Shown in pieces: positions 9,461 through 20,563 of a stretch of 32,697 nt of DNA. The position numbers and the translations under genes were made by a program. This DNA comes from Octopus bimaculoides (Eukaryota), in NCBI RefSeq assembly GCF_001194135.2, contig NC_069008.1:1830672-1863368 (forward strand), written 5' to 3'. Below the pieces are notes generated by a model, which worked only from the letters and a program-made list of their open reading frames with translations, was not told the DNA's origin and ran no database searches. The first letter of the stretch is position 1. The number at the start of each line of letters is the position of its first letter.

Positions 9461-9775
9461 NNNNNNNNNNNNNNNNNNNNNNNNNNNNNNNNNNNNNNNN
9501 NNNNNNNNNNNNNNNNNNNNNNNNNNNNNNNNNNNNNNNNNNNNNNNNNNNNNNNNNNNNNNNNNNNNNNNNNNNNNNNNNNNNNNNNNNNNNNNNNNNN
9601 NNNNNNNNNNNNNNNNNNNNNNNNNNNNNNNNNNNNNNNNNNNNNNNNNNNNNNNNNNNNNNNNNNNNNNNNNNNNNNNNNNNNNNNNNNNNNNNNNNNN
9701 NNNNNNNNNNNNNNNNNNNNNNNNNNNNNNNNNNNNNNNNNNNNNNNNNNNNNNNNNNNNNNNNNNNNNNNNNNN

Positions 9776-10015
9776 GGTTGGCATTAGGAAGGGCATCCTG
9801 CCACAGAAACCATGCTAAATCACATTGGATCCTGATGCAGCTCTCCAGCTTATCAGCTCCAGTCAAACCGTTTAACCCATGGCAGCATGGCAAGTGGACA
9901 TTAAATGATGGTACTGGTGACGATGAGTAGATTGCAGAGTAGACTGGATGCTTTTTATGTGGCACCAGCACTAGCAGGGTCACCCAATAATTTGCAAGAC
10001 AAAGATCTTTTGAGA
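9776..10015 (+). mobile_element. Family C-related 3' end plus a related fragment
   Basis: GGTTGGCATTAGGAAGGGCATCC...AACCCATGGCAGCATGG...TTAAATGATG. Confidence 0.6.
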
Positions 10016-10025
10016 GGGAAGGGGG

Positions 10026-10123
10026 TGTAGTGGCGCGAAATTATGGCCGCCATTAAGGAAGTACAATCTACGCATGCGCAAGGGACTTGCCTTCCCGGAA
10101 GCCCCTCGAGTGCGCATGCGTAG
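10026..10123. promoter_or_regulatory. Dense cluster of promoter-type motifs with a 13-bp perfect inverted repeat
   Basis: TGGCGCGAAA (E2F-like), GGCCGCCATT (YY1-like), CTACGCATGCGCA / TGCGCATGCGTAG (NRF1-like, inverted) and TTCCCGGAA (GAS/STAT-like, overlapping ETS CCGGAAG). Function is not demonstrated. Confidence 0.35.
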
Positions 10124-10360
10124 TAAAACCAGTACTTAAAGCACTTCTTTCACTTTCTAAGACTCTTCAGCATGATACCTTCGACGTGAAAACAACTTGG
10201 TCCTTTCAGATGCCCCAATGAAGCTTTTAACCTTCCAATGCTGACCACAAGTTAACCAGCGGCTGCCAGGCTGAATGACACAGGATTTGTAAAGCCAAGC
10301 ATCACCAAAACTAAAACTTATTTTATTATGTTGTTAATTATGTTGTTTTATTATGTTATA

Positions 10361-10780
10361 GGCGAGCGAGTGGCTGTGTGGTAAGTAGCTAGCTTACCAA
10401 CCACATGGTCCCGGGTTCAGTCCCACTGCTTGGCACCTTGGGCAAGTGTCTTCTACTATAGCCTCGGGCCGACCAAAGCCTTGTGAGTGGATTTGGCAGA
10501 CGGAAACTGAAAGAAGCCTGTCGTATAAATGTATATATATATGTATATGTATGTGTGCATATGTTTGTGTGTCTGTGTTTGTCCCCCCCCCCTCACCATC
10601 GCTTGACAACCGATGCTGGTGTGTTTACGTCCCCATAACTTAGCGGTTCGGCAAAAAGAGACCGATAGAATAAGTACTAGGCTTCCAACGAATAAGTCCT
10701 GGGGTCGATTTGCTCGACTAAAGGCAGTGCTCCAGCATGGCCACAGTCAAATGACTGAAACAAGTAAAAGAGTAAAGAGA
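10361..10780 (+). mobile_element. SINE family A, full length
   Basis: Aligns end to end with 7383-7783. Confidence 0.85.
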
Positions 10781-10918
10781 GTAATTGTTCTACTGTTTCC
10801 TTAATATATAATTTTGTTGAAAGGTGATAGAGAGAGACTAATGTCTCTATTGCAACTATCAACTTTTTACAGGAGCATTAGGAGGTGTCCAGAAATATTC
10901 TGTATCAGATCTCTAGAG

Positions 10919-11144
10919 CAGTGATTCCCAATATGGGACACATACCCCACCAGTGGGGCCTGGGAAAACTGTGGTGAGGCATGTGATCCAATTTTTTTAA
11001 TTTTAAGTAGGACACGGAATTGTGAATATCATATTTCCACAGCAAACATGTTACACCTATACTTTTTAACAACCACTGGTTGGGGCCATACGTTTGCTGT
11101 AAAGTTATACTGAGTCCTGGGATCAAATAGGTTGGGAAACACTG
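10919..11144. mobile_element. hAT (Charlie-like) MITE
   Basis: TIRs CAGTGATTCCCAA / TTGGGAAACACTG. 8-bp TSD CTCTAGAG / CTCTGGAG (7 of 8 identical), fitting the NTCTAGAN target preference of Charlie elements. Confidence 0.8.
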
Positions 11145-11217
11145 CTCTGGAGACTTAAGGCTTATTCTATACATGAAGACTCTCCCAAGTGAACTGCATA
11201 GCAACAAAATCATTGGT

Positions 11218-11596
11218 TCTTGTTAAATTCCCTCCAACTGCTTGATTGATGTATATTTAAATTTTCACCAGATTATTTTCAAAAAGAATGTACTTCTACC
11301 GTACTTTTGCATGCTGATGAAGAAAATCACATTTATTTTGGGCTAGAAATTAATTAATGCGCAACAAGTCACAAGCATTTAAAATTACGTAATTTCAGTC
11401 TAACGTAACCATCCATTTGCTTGAAATTGGCTAAAATTACATAATTATAATTGCTTTTAACTTCTTTAATATTCATTTCTAGCTGAAAAGAATAGAAAAA
11501 GAAAAAAAAAAAAAAAAAAAAAAAACCAATGTGATTTTCATCATTCAAAAGTACATTTTTAAAATTTGAGAAGTGACTGAAAGGAATTTAACAAGA
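11218..11596. mobile_element. Old inverted-repeat element (decayed DNA-transposon MITE)
   Basis: TCTTGTTAAATTCC (11218-11231) is inverted at 11583-11596. A second inverted block GTACTTTTG...GATGA...AAATCACATT lies at ~11301-11331 / ~11528-11556. Confidence 0.4.
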
Positions 11597-11681
11597 TCAA
11601 AAGTCTCATATATTTTAGCTTGAGGGACCCTAGGTTTTGATATCCAGGGGTTTCAACCAGCCAAGCCCAATGTTGATATAT

Positions 11682-11915
11682 ATTCTTTTATTCTTTGACT
11701 TGTTTCAGTCATCTGAGTGTGGCCGTGGTGGAGCACCACCTTCAAGGGATTTTTTAGTTGAAGAAATTGACCCCAGGACTTATTCTTTGTAAGCCTAGTA
11801 CCTATTCTATTGGTCTCTTTTTTGCTGAACCGATAAGTTACAGCGGGACATAAGCACACCAACATCGGTTGTCAAGAGATGGTGGGGGACAAACACAGAC
11901 ACACAAATATATACA
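11682..11915 (-). mobile_element. SINE family A, 3' half
   Basis: The reverse complement matches 7570-7783. Confidence 0.75.
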
Positions 11916-11919
11916 TGCA

Positions 11920-12392
11920 CATCATCATCATCATCGTCGTTTAACGTCAGCTTTCCATGCTAGCATGGGTTGGACGATTTGACTGAGGGCTGGTGAAACC
12001 GGATGGCAACACCAGGCTCCAATCTGATTTGGCAGAGTTTCTACAGCTGGATGCCCTTCCTAACGCCAACCACTCAGAGAGTGTAGTGGGTGCTTTTACG
12101 TGCCACCCGCACGAAGGCCAGTCAGGCGGCACTGGCAATGGCCACGCTCAAACTGGTGTATTTCATGTGCCACCCGCACAAAGAGCCAGTCCAGGGGTAC
12201 TGGCAACGATCTCACTCGAAAATCCTACAAAGGCCAGTCAGGCGGTACTGGCAACGACCACGCTCAAAATGGTGCACTTTATGCGTCACCCGCACATCAG
12301 TGCCGATAGACTGGCCCCTATGCAGGTGACACATAAAACACACCATTTTGTGTGGCACCAGCACTAGGAGGGTCACCCAATAATTTGCAAAA
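11920..12392 (-). mobile_element. Retroelement family C: (GAT)n tail, LINE-like 3' end, internal ~65-bp hairpin array
   Basis: The minus strand ends CCCATGCTAGCATGGAAAGCTGACGTTAAACGACGATGATGATG and contains GGCGTTAGGAAGGGCATCCAGC. The array is at 12090-12349. Confidence 0.75.
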
Positions 12393-12437
12393 TCCATGTC
12401 TTGTGCCTATAGTAGAAAAGATTGGCAAACTGGAATA

Positions 12438-12632
12438 AAGGTGGCAAGCAGGTAGAATCGTTAGCACACTGGGTAAAATACTTAACAGCATTTCCCCTGT
12501 CTTTACATTCTGAGTTCAAATTCTGCTGAGGCCGACCTTGCCTTTCATCCTTTCGGGGTTGATAAATCAAGTACCAGTGAAACACTGGGTTTGATGTAAT
12601 CGACTCATCCCCTCCCACAAAATGGCTGCCTC
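12438..12632 (+). mobile_element. SINE family B
   Basis: Aligns with 6938-7156. Confidence 0.75.
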
Positions 12633-12634
12633 TC

Positions 12635-12784
12635 CCTTTTACTTGTATCAGTCTTTTGACTGCGGCCATGCTGGAGCACCGCCTTTAGTCGAGCAAATCG
12701 ACCCCAGGACTTATTCTTTGGAAGCCTAGTACTTATTCTATCAGTCTCTTTTGCCGAACCGCTAAGTTACGGGGACCTAAACAC
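12635..12784 (-). mobile_element. SINE family A, 3' part (runs into gap)
   Basis: The reverse complement matches the family A tail region. Confidence 0.75.
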
Positions 12785-13804
12785 NNNNNNNNNNNNNNNN
12801 NNNNNNNNNNNNNNNNNNNNNNNNNNNNNNNNNNNNNNNNNNNNNNNNNNNNNNNNNNNNNNNNNNNNNNNNNNNNNNNNNNNNNNNNNNNNNNNNNNNN
12901 NNNNNNNNNNNNNNNNNNNNNNNNNNNNNNNNNNNNNNNNNNNNNNNNNNNNNNNNNNNNNNNNNNNNNNNNNNNNNNNNNNNNNNNNNNNNNNNNNNNN
13001 NNNNNNNNNNNNNNNNNNNNNNNNNNNNNNNNNNNNNNNNNNNNNNNNNNNNNNNNNNNNNNNNNNNNNNNNNNNNNNNNNNNNNNNNNNNNNNNNNNNN
13101 NNNNNNNNNNNNNNNNNNNNNNNNNNNNNNNNNNNNNNNNNNNNNNNNNNNNNNNNNNNNNNNNNNNNNNNNNNNNNNNNNNNNNNNNNNNNNNNNNNNN
13201 NNNNNNNNNNNNNNNNNNNNNNNNNNNNNNNNNNNNNNNNNNNNNNNNNNNNNNNNNNNNNNNNNNNNNNNNNNNNNNNNNNNNNNNNNNNNNNNNNNNN
13301 NNNNNNNNNNNNNNNNNNNNNNNNNNNNNNNNNNNNNNNNNNNNNNNNNNNNNNNNNNNNNNNNNNNNNNNNNNNNNNNNNNNNNNNNNNNNNNNNNNNN
13401 NNNNNNNNNNNNNNNNNNNNNNNNNNNNNNNNNNNNNNNNNNNNNNNNNNNNNNNNNNNNNNNNNNNNNNNNNNNNNNNNNNNNNNNNNNNNNNNNNNNN
13501 NNNNNNNNNNNNNNNNNNNNNNNNNNNNNNNNNNNNNNNNNNNNNNNNNNNNNNNNNNNNNNNNNNNNNNNNNNNNNNNNNNNNNNNNNNNNNNNNNNNN
13601 NNNNNNNNNNNNNNNNNNNNNNNNNNNNNNNNNNNNNNNNNNNNNNNNNNNNNNNNNNNNNNNNNNNNNNNNNNNNNNNNNNNNNNNNNNNNNNNNNNNN
13701 NNNNNNNNNNNNNNNNNNNNNNNNNNNNNNNNNNNNNNNNNNNNNNNNNNNNNNNNNNGTATATATATATGTTCATGTCAATTTCTCATATATATATATA
13801 TATA

Positions 13805-13856
13805 CAACCCATGCTAGCATGGAAAGCGGACGTTAAACGATGATGATGATGATGAT
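13805..13856 (+). mobile_element. Family C extreme 3' tail
   Basis: CAACCCATGCTAGCATGGAAAGCGGACGTTAAACGATGATGATG. Confidence 0.7.
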
Positions 13857-14284
13857 ATATACATACATATATATGTGTGTGTGTGTGTGTGTATCCTTTT
13901 TACTGCTGTATTCTAATGTATTTCTGTTTATATTGTATACTGTTGTGTAATTTCTTCACACATATTACTCCAGTTTATGTAAATCCCAAAAATGTTATGC
14001 CTTTATATTGCCCCCCCCCTCATCCTTCGCCCTGGTGGCAAATAAAAAATTATTATTTTTATTATTATTATTACTGCTGTTGTTATTTTTTTTATACATG
14101 TCAACACATCATCATCTAAGTCCTAAGATAACTCCAGCGATGACTGTACCCTCTTCCCTTTTTAAACATCCTCCCCCTGTTCAGGGGGCAGTATTTTGGG
14201 AGAAGCTGTTGCTTTGGGAAGGACGGGGGGGGGCGGGGGCAACATGATAGGTCATTGTGACACACACGCGCGCGCGCAAATATC

Positions 14285-14626
14285 CTTTTCTTGTTTTACT
14301 TGTTTCAGTCATTTCACTGCGACCNNNNNNNNNNNNNNNNNNNNNNNNNNNNNNNNNNNNNNNNNNNNNNNNNNNNNNNNNNNNNNNNNNNNNNNNNNNN
14401 NNNNNNNNNNNNNNNNNNNNNNNNNNNNNNNNNNNNNNATATATATATATATATATATATATACGATAGGCTTCTTTCAGTTTCCATCTGCCAAACCCAC
14501 TCACAAGGCTTTGGTCGGCCCGGTGCTATAGTAGAAGACACTTGCCCAAGATGTCACGCAGTGGGACTGAACCCAGAACCATGTGGTTAGGAAGCAATCT
14601 TCTTACCACATAGCCACGCCTGCGCC
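14285..14626 (-). mobile_element. SINE family A spanning a gap
   Basis: Tail at 14285-14324 and head at 14462-14626 flank the N run in the expected order. Confidence 0.75.
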
Positions 14627-14980
14627 TAAACGAATACGAACTTGCCAGGATTTGAACCTGATATCTCGTGACCCGTAGTAAGACACATACATTATCCATT
14701 GCGTCACATACAGATAAATGTTTCTTTTTTGAAAACAATTTAACATTGAACACAAGGATCCCTCAATACTTTGTAGAAAGCGTATGTATGTAAACACACG
14801 CATGCGCGCGCGCGCACACACACACACACACCAAAAGCGACAGTGAAGCCCTTGGTGTCCCAAGATGCAACCCAAAATGTTTATTATATCACAAACGATA
14901 TCACACGTAGCCACCAGCTGCTCAAAGAAGCCTTCAAGTTACTACTTTCGTATGTGACACAATATAAAATAAAAAATAAA

Positions 14981-15222
14981 TGCACCCTTTTAAAGCCTAG
15001 CCAAGCTCATGGGCCCGGTTTCCCGGTTTCAATGGCGTATGTGTTCCCCCCAGCTGGACGGGACGCCAGTCCATCGCAGCGTTACTCATTTTTGCCATCT
15101 GAGTGGACTGGAGCAACGTGAAATGAAGTGTTTTGCTCAAGACCACAACGCGTCGCCCGGTCCAGGAATCGAAACTACAATCTTACGATCATGGTGCTGA
15201 TACCCTAACCACTTAGCCACGC
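14981..15222 (-). mobile_element. tRNA-derived CORE-like SINE (family E)
   Basis: The minus strand reads TGGCTAAGTGGTTAGG...GTTTCGATTCC...CTTGAGCAAAACACTT...GCTCCAGTCCACTCAG. Confidence 0.7.
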
Positions 15223-15311
15223 TAAAATAATATACAATGCTACATGCAAAATAAATAAAAACCCCACTGTCCCCGGCATAAATACAGAGAGTTCTCTTGT
15301 TATTGAATATA

Positions 15312-15942
15312 ACTGGCATTCCGTCAGTTACGATAACGAGGGGTTCCAGTTGATCCAATCGACAGAACAGCTTGCTTGCGAAATTAACGTGCAAGTGGCT
15401 GAGTGAGCACTCCACAGACATGTGAATACTTTTTGGTTTTCTCACCCCCATTAAAAAATTGGGTCATCTCCCCACTAAAAAATCGAGTTAATGTAGCGAC
15501 AAAAAATTGGATTAAAAGAGTTGAATCATTTTGATTCAATACTTCAGCATATTGTTGTCATTTGGCCTACCCAAGAGGCACGACATGATTTATTATAAAA
15601 ATGTTATTAGATTCTGTAAGATGTTTAATTTTTTTCGGTTTTCATGTTTATTAATCTTTTCAGTTTTGTATAATTTGTTCTAAAAATATTATCAGCTTCA
15701 ATAAGATGTTTAATCTTCTCACTTTTCATGTTTATTAATTTTTCATTTTTTTTTTTGTTTTATTGAGGGTTAAACAAATTTTTTTTAGTTGGGGAAGATA
15801 ACCCAATTTTTTAATGGGGGTGAGATAACCAAAAAGTACCGACACGTGTACCTTAACGTAGTTCTCAGGGAGATTCAGCATGACACAGTGTGACAAGGCT
15901 GGCCCTTTGAAATACAGGTACTACTCATTTTCACCAGCTGAG
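15312..15942 (-). mobile_element. SINE family D-related 3' half, split by a MITE
   Basis: 15312-15424 and 15841-15942 match the 3' half of family D. Confidence 0.7.
15425..15840. mobile_element. MITE with ~55-bp TIRs and 8-bp TSD (Merlin-like termini) nested in a SINE
   Basis: TIRs (AA/GG)TACTTTTTGGTT(T/A)TCTCACCCCCATTAAAAAATTGGGT. TSD GACATGTG (15417-15424) / GACACGTG (15841-15848). The host SINE is continuous when the element is removed. Confidence 0.75.
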
Positions 15943-15953
15943 AGGGGGGGGGG

Positions 15954-16389
15954 TTTAGTCGAAGAAATCGACCCCAGTACTTATTCTTTGTAAGCCTAGT
16001 ACTTATTCTATCTGCATCTTTTGCCGAACCGCTAAGTTACAGGGACATAAACACACCAGTATCGGTTGTTAAGCGATGGCGGAGGAGAGGGGGACAAACA
16101 CACACACACACACAATATATATATATATACGATGGGCTTCTTTCAGTTTCCGTTTACCAAATACACTCATATGGCTTTGGTTAACCCGAGGCTATAATAG
16201 AAGACTTACACAAGAAAAGAATATATACGCGTGTATGTCTGTGTGTGTGTGTGTCACAATGGCCTATCATCTTGCCCTCCCCCACACCTCAATCCCAAAA
16301 CAACATCTCCCTCCCAAGGTGCCACGAAGTGGGACTGAACCCAGAGTGATGTGGTTGGTAAGCAAGCTTCTTACCACACAGCCACTCCT
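15954..16389 (-). mobile_element. SINE family A interrupted by a ~110-bp insert
   Basis: Body 15954-16207 and head 16313-16389 are separated by sequence related to 14196-14294. Confidence 0.7.
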
Positions 16390-16647
16390 ACGTCTACGGA
16401 CAATAGCTTTGAAACCGCCAGCTTCTGTACTCAGATGAGAGTGAATATCACATTACGTATAGAATCTGCAAATGGGACAGTAAAAATATGCCAGATTTTT
16501 CTCAAGTTCAAAACGTGAATTTGTGGTTTGTTGTCTGCATTCCTAACAATGAAGCTTTGTATCTTTGATAGAAACCAACTCCTTCGCAACAGGAAGACTT
16601 CAAACCATTAAAAATAGAAGAAAACGTACATACACATGTACGTATTT

Positions 16648-16900
16648 CGCAGGTGTGGCTGTGTGGTACAAAGTTTCTCAACCACATGGTTCCAAGTTCA
16701 CATGAGTGACTGTCTGGTAAGAAGCTTGCTTCCCAACCACATGGTTCCGGGTTCAGTCCCACTGCATGGCACCTTGGGCAAGTGTCTTCTACTACAACGT
16801 CAAGCTGACCAGATCATTGTGAATGGATTTGGTAGATGGAAACTGAAAGAAGCCCACTATATATATATATATACATATATGTGTGTGCGTGTGTGTGTGT
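16648..16900 (+). mobile_element. SINE family A 5' half with a duplicated head
   Basis: Two successive heads (16648 and ~16703), then the body up to the internal microsatellite. Confidence 0.65.
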
Positions 16901-16903
16901 ATG

Positions 16904-17176
16904 AGGGCATATGGACTTAGTGGTCAGGGTGTTGCACTTCCGATCGCAAGGTCGAGGCTTCAGTTCCTAGACCGGGTGGCGCATTGTGTACTTGAGTAAA
17001 AAAAACTTCATCTCACGTCGCTCTGCGCTCATTTGAACGCGTGGCGTGTGGTACACGGTGCACCTGTTCAGACAACGTCTATTTCATGGAGAGCGAGCTA
17101 ATATGCAGCGCATTTGTGCAGGTCGTTTGACAAAAGCTGAACAACTCAAATATCGTTTTCGACGGAAGAGTCCATC
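16904..17176 (+). mobile_element. Diverged tRNA-derived SINE (family E-related head)
   Basis: TGGACTTAGTGGTCAGG head with a degenerate B box and CTTGAGTAAAA...CTTCATCTCACG. Confidence 0.5.
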
Positions 17177-17664
17177 TTACACACACACACAGAAGCAGAG
17201 AGTGGTGATCTCAGATCTCAGCACGTTTTTTTTTTTCTTTCTTATCTAAGAGACTTAAAAAGCGAGTACTGTATTTGTGTGTGTGCGCGCGCGCGCGTAT
17301 GTGGAAGCTACGTTTTTAAGTAAACACGTATGTGTACACCTGTACAAACGTTGACATATGTTCGAGAGCCAAAGAAAAGAGCAGGTACGTGGGAACTTGA
17401 TCAGGCAGAAATAACAGCCGCATTTCCCTCATATCAGCAGAACTGTCAGCTTTAACAATAACAATATGTTGATTAATGTCAATATTTTTACACACATTAT
17501 ACAGACGTATGTATGTATAAGAATGTTCGTACATGTACATATATACATACATGCATACATACCCATATGCATAAACACGTACATACTTAGGTACGTATAT
17601 ATATATATGTATTCACACATACATACATACATGCGACACAAAAGCACTCTACTGTACCAGTAGA

Positions 17665-17821
17665 GTTGGTGCCATGCAAAATGCACCCGGCTATCATTGT
17701 AATGTGATTGGCGTGAGGAAGGGCACCCAGCCGAAGGTGACAATGGAACTCGGCACAGGCGCTATGGATCGCAGGGCCTTGTCAAAAGCTATCGAACCCA
17801 TGCCAGCAGGGTAAATGGACG
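17665..17821 (+). mobile_element. Family C-related fragment
   Basis: GATTGGCGTGAGGAAGGGCACCCAGCC...CCATGCCAGCAGGGTAAATGGACG. Confidence 0.6.
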
Positions 17822-18465
17822 ATATATGTATTCAGACTTCCTCAAGTATTCAACTGCTTACCCAAAGAGATAAGAAATATAAAAGGGACCTCTACTGGAA
17901 CTTTAAAAAAAAAAGCATTGGATGAACTCCTAATGACGTTACCAGACCAACCAACTATTCAAGGATACACTCAGGGAAGATCAGCAACTACAAACTTGAC
18001 AATTGACCAACTTTCAATCAAAGCGACAACAAAACTAAAAAAAAAAAATTTAATTAAGGCGGTGCTCCAGTATGACCGCAATCCGGAGACTGAAACCATT
18101 AAAAGAATAAAAGACAGTACATACATACAAACAAACAAAAATACCCTGTCGATGTTGAAATTCCAATGAAGGAGTCTTGAATCTAGGTTAGAAACCGGCT
18201 CTTCCTCTATTGGCAAGAAATCTTGAAATAAGACTGAACAATGACATACATACATCAATCTGTACTCACATGCCATACACATGTCCTACTACTAATAATT
18301 AATGCAGTGGTTTTGTTAATAAATGCCTAAATGACAATCTGGAGAAGCTAGGGTTTTTACAAAAAGAAACGAACCAGTCAACACGCACATTACAAATACA
18401 CAATCTTTGAGCGGAAGAGTATAAAAGACCTTTTTTTTAAAGTTTAGCATGCGATAGTGTTTTGG

Positions 18466-18526
18466 TTATTTAGAATCTGATGATGGAGCTTTGTATCTCC
18501 GTTAGAAACCAGGTCTTTCTTTATAA
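18466..18526 (+). ncRNA. Degenerate type I hammerhead relic
   Basis: CUGAUGA (18477-18483), GGAG/CUCC hairpin, GAAAC (18505-18509), CAG loop and GUC (18513-18515). Stem I has three U-U mismatches and there are extra bases before GAAA. Confidence 0.35.
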
Positions 18527-18570
18527 GAAAACTTCAAAAAACATTAAACACACAAGAGAATATGTGTTAT

Positions 18571-18750
18571 TTCTTTACTGCCCACAAGGGGCTACACACA
18601 GAGGGGACAAACAAGGACAGTCAAACAGATTAAGTCGATTATTTCGACCCCAGTCCATAACTGGTACTTATTTAATCGACCCCGAAAGGATAAAAGGCAA
18701 AGTCGACCTCGGCGGAATTTGAACTCAGAACGTAGCGGCAGACGAAATAC
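18571..18750 (-). mobile_element. SINE family B variant, 5'-truncated, different 3' end
   Basis: The reverse complement matches the family B centre. Confidence 0.7.
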
Positions 18751-18838
18751 GTGTGTGTGTGTGTGTGTGTGCATGAGCAAAAAACGTATCTAGCTACCTA
18801 TGGAGCTCTTTTTTGCAAGTTGCTCGGCAACCCCACGT

Positions 18839-19003
18839 GTTGGTGCCATGCAAAATGTATCCGGAGCACACTGTAATGTGATTGGCGTTAGGAAGGGCAC
18901 CCAGCCGAAGAAACCATGCCAAAGCCGACAGTGGAACTCGGCATAGGCGCTATGGATCGCCATGCCAGCAGGGTAAATGGACGTTAAATGACGATGATGA
19001 TGG
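18839..19003 (+). mobile_element. Family C-related fragment with (GAT)n tail
   Basis: Shares diagnostic variants with 17665-17821. Confidence 0.6.
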
Positions 19004-19252
19004 TGAGTATGACGATGAAGGTAACATTGAAGATGACGACGACAATGATGTATTAACAGACGACCACGCGCGCACATGTATGTTCCCAGTTTCGAGTTGC
19101 AGAAGAAACAGTTTGCTCTTACGCATCTGAGATTTCGCATAAAGAAACACAAGAGCTGCAGAGCTTTTCTCGATCCTTTTCAATAAAACCGTGTCAGGCT
19201 GAGTACTGCATATGTGCCAGAACGTTTCCCGGCATCAGTGCTTNNNNNNNNN

Positions 19253-19456
19253 NCCCCCCCCCCCATAGCTATTTGAAGTCTTTTTCTTTTTTTTAAATAA
19301 CATTTCTGTAACTGAACATTATTTGGAATTGTATGAAAAATAATTGTTAAAATGTTTTGTTTTGTAGAAGTAAAACTAATTCATTGCACATATTTTAACA
19401 GCTAAATCTTGTATGGATCCTCTTAGAGTCATGCGGACCCTAGTTGAGAACGCCTG
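19253..19456. mobile_element. hAT-like MITE, right part
   Basis: Ends GCGGACCCTAGTTGAGAACGCCTG, a typical hAT MITE right terminus. The left end is not resolved (small gap). Confidence 0.4.
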
Positions 19457-19471
19457 GCCCACATGACTGAG

Positions 19472-19502
<31 letters not shown>

Positions 19503-20521
19503 ATATATATGTATGTACGAACGTATATATGTACGTATGTATGCATACACGTATGTATGTTTGCTTATATGTATAGATGTATGTATGTAAGCATGATATA
19601 TAAGTCAACAAGCATTAAGGAATCTCAATTAAGAATGAAGAGTGAAATATTTACTTCATAATGAGTATAACATGCCTGCGTATGTGTGTATACGTGTGTA
19701 TCCGTGTGTGTATGCGACAATTACACACGATTACAAATACAGAAATGATGTATTTATATACTCACAGACATACGTACATAGTACACACACATAGGTCCGT
19801 GTAAACTTAGTATTTAGCTAGGGACAGACGTGAAATACAAGACCCCATTTTTCAAACTGCTCATTAAGTATTTTGGTCACCAGTAATCAGTACACACACA
19901 CGTTCCCCCTGAAGGTACAAAGCGAATATAGATTTATGTCGGTCTATCTAATTAAGTATACATACTTGAACACATATAAGCAGATATATTATACACACAC
20001 ACACACACACACGCATATAGACATGTTTACACACATATACATATAGCTATATACATATGCACAAACATACAAATATGAATATATAAGTATACACACACAC
20101 ATATATGTGCACACAAGCACACGTCATCTCTCTCCCTCTATCTATCTATCTAACTAACAATCTATCTATCTTATATATATTGAAAAGAAAAACTCTACAT
20201 TGTATTTATCCCATCTGTGTTGAGCCCTGTGTGGCTAATAAAAGAAATCTATCTAACAATCTATCTATCTATCTTATATATATATCACACACACACACAC
20301 ACACATATATATGCATGTGTGTGTGTGTGTGTGTGTACATGCTTGCATCCGTAAATACACCCACAAGATGGAACCTGTGTATATATTTCTGCTTGCATAA
20401 GCCTTTAAAGTCTGCCAAAATATGATACTTTTAGTTGTCTTAAGTCTTAAAACTTTAACACACACACACACTTTCTAACACATACAAACATATGTATATA
20501 TATATATATATNNNNNNNNNN

Positions 20522-20563
<42 letters not shown>

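Noticed and set aside
10026-10871. Solo LTR from TGTAG (10026) to ...TTTTACA (10871)
   Set aside because: No matching 4-6-bp TSD or clear polyadenylation signal; kept only as an alternative explanation for the motif cluster.
11314-11326. CTGATGAAGAAA
   Set aside because: No room for stem II; it lies inside a decayed MITE.
12733-13776. Long ORFs spanning N gaps (also 2792-3253, 9336-9983, 21489-21977, 28574-29453, 29839-31317)
   Set aside because: Artefacts of N runs containing no stop codons.
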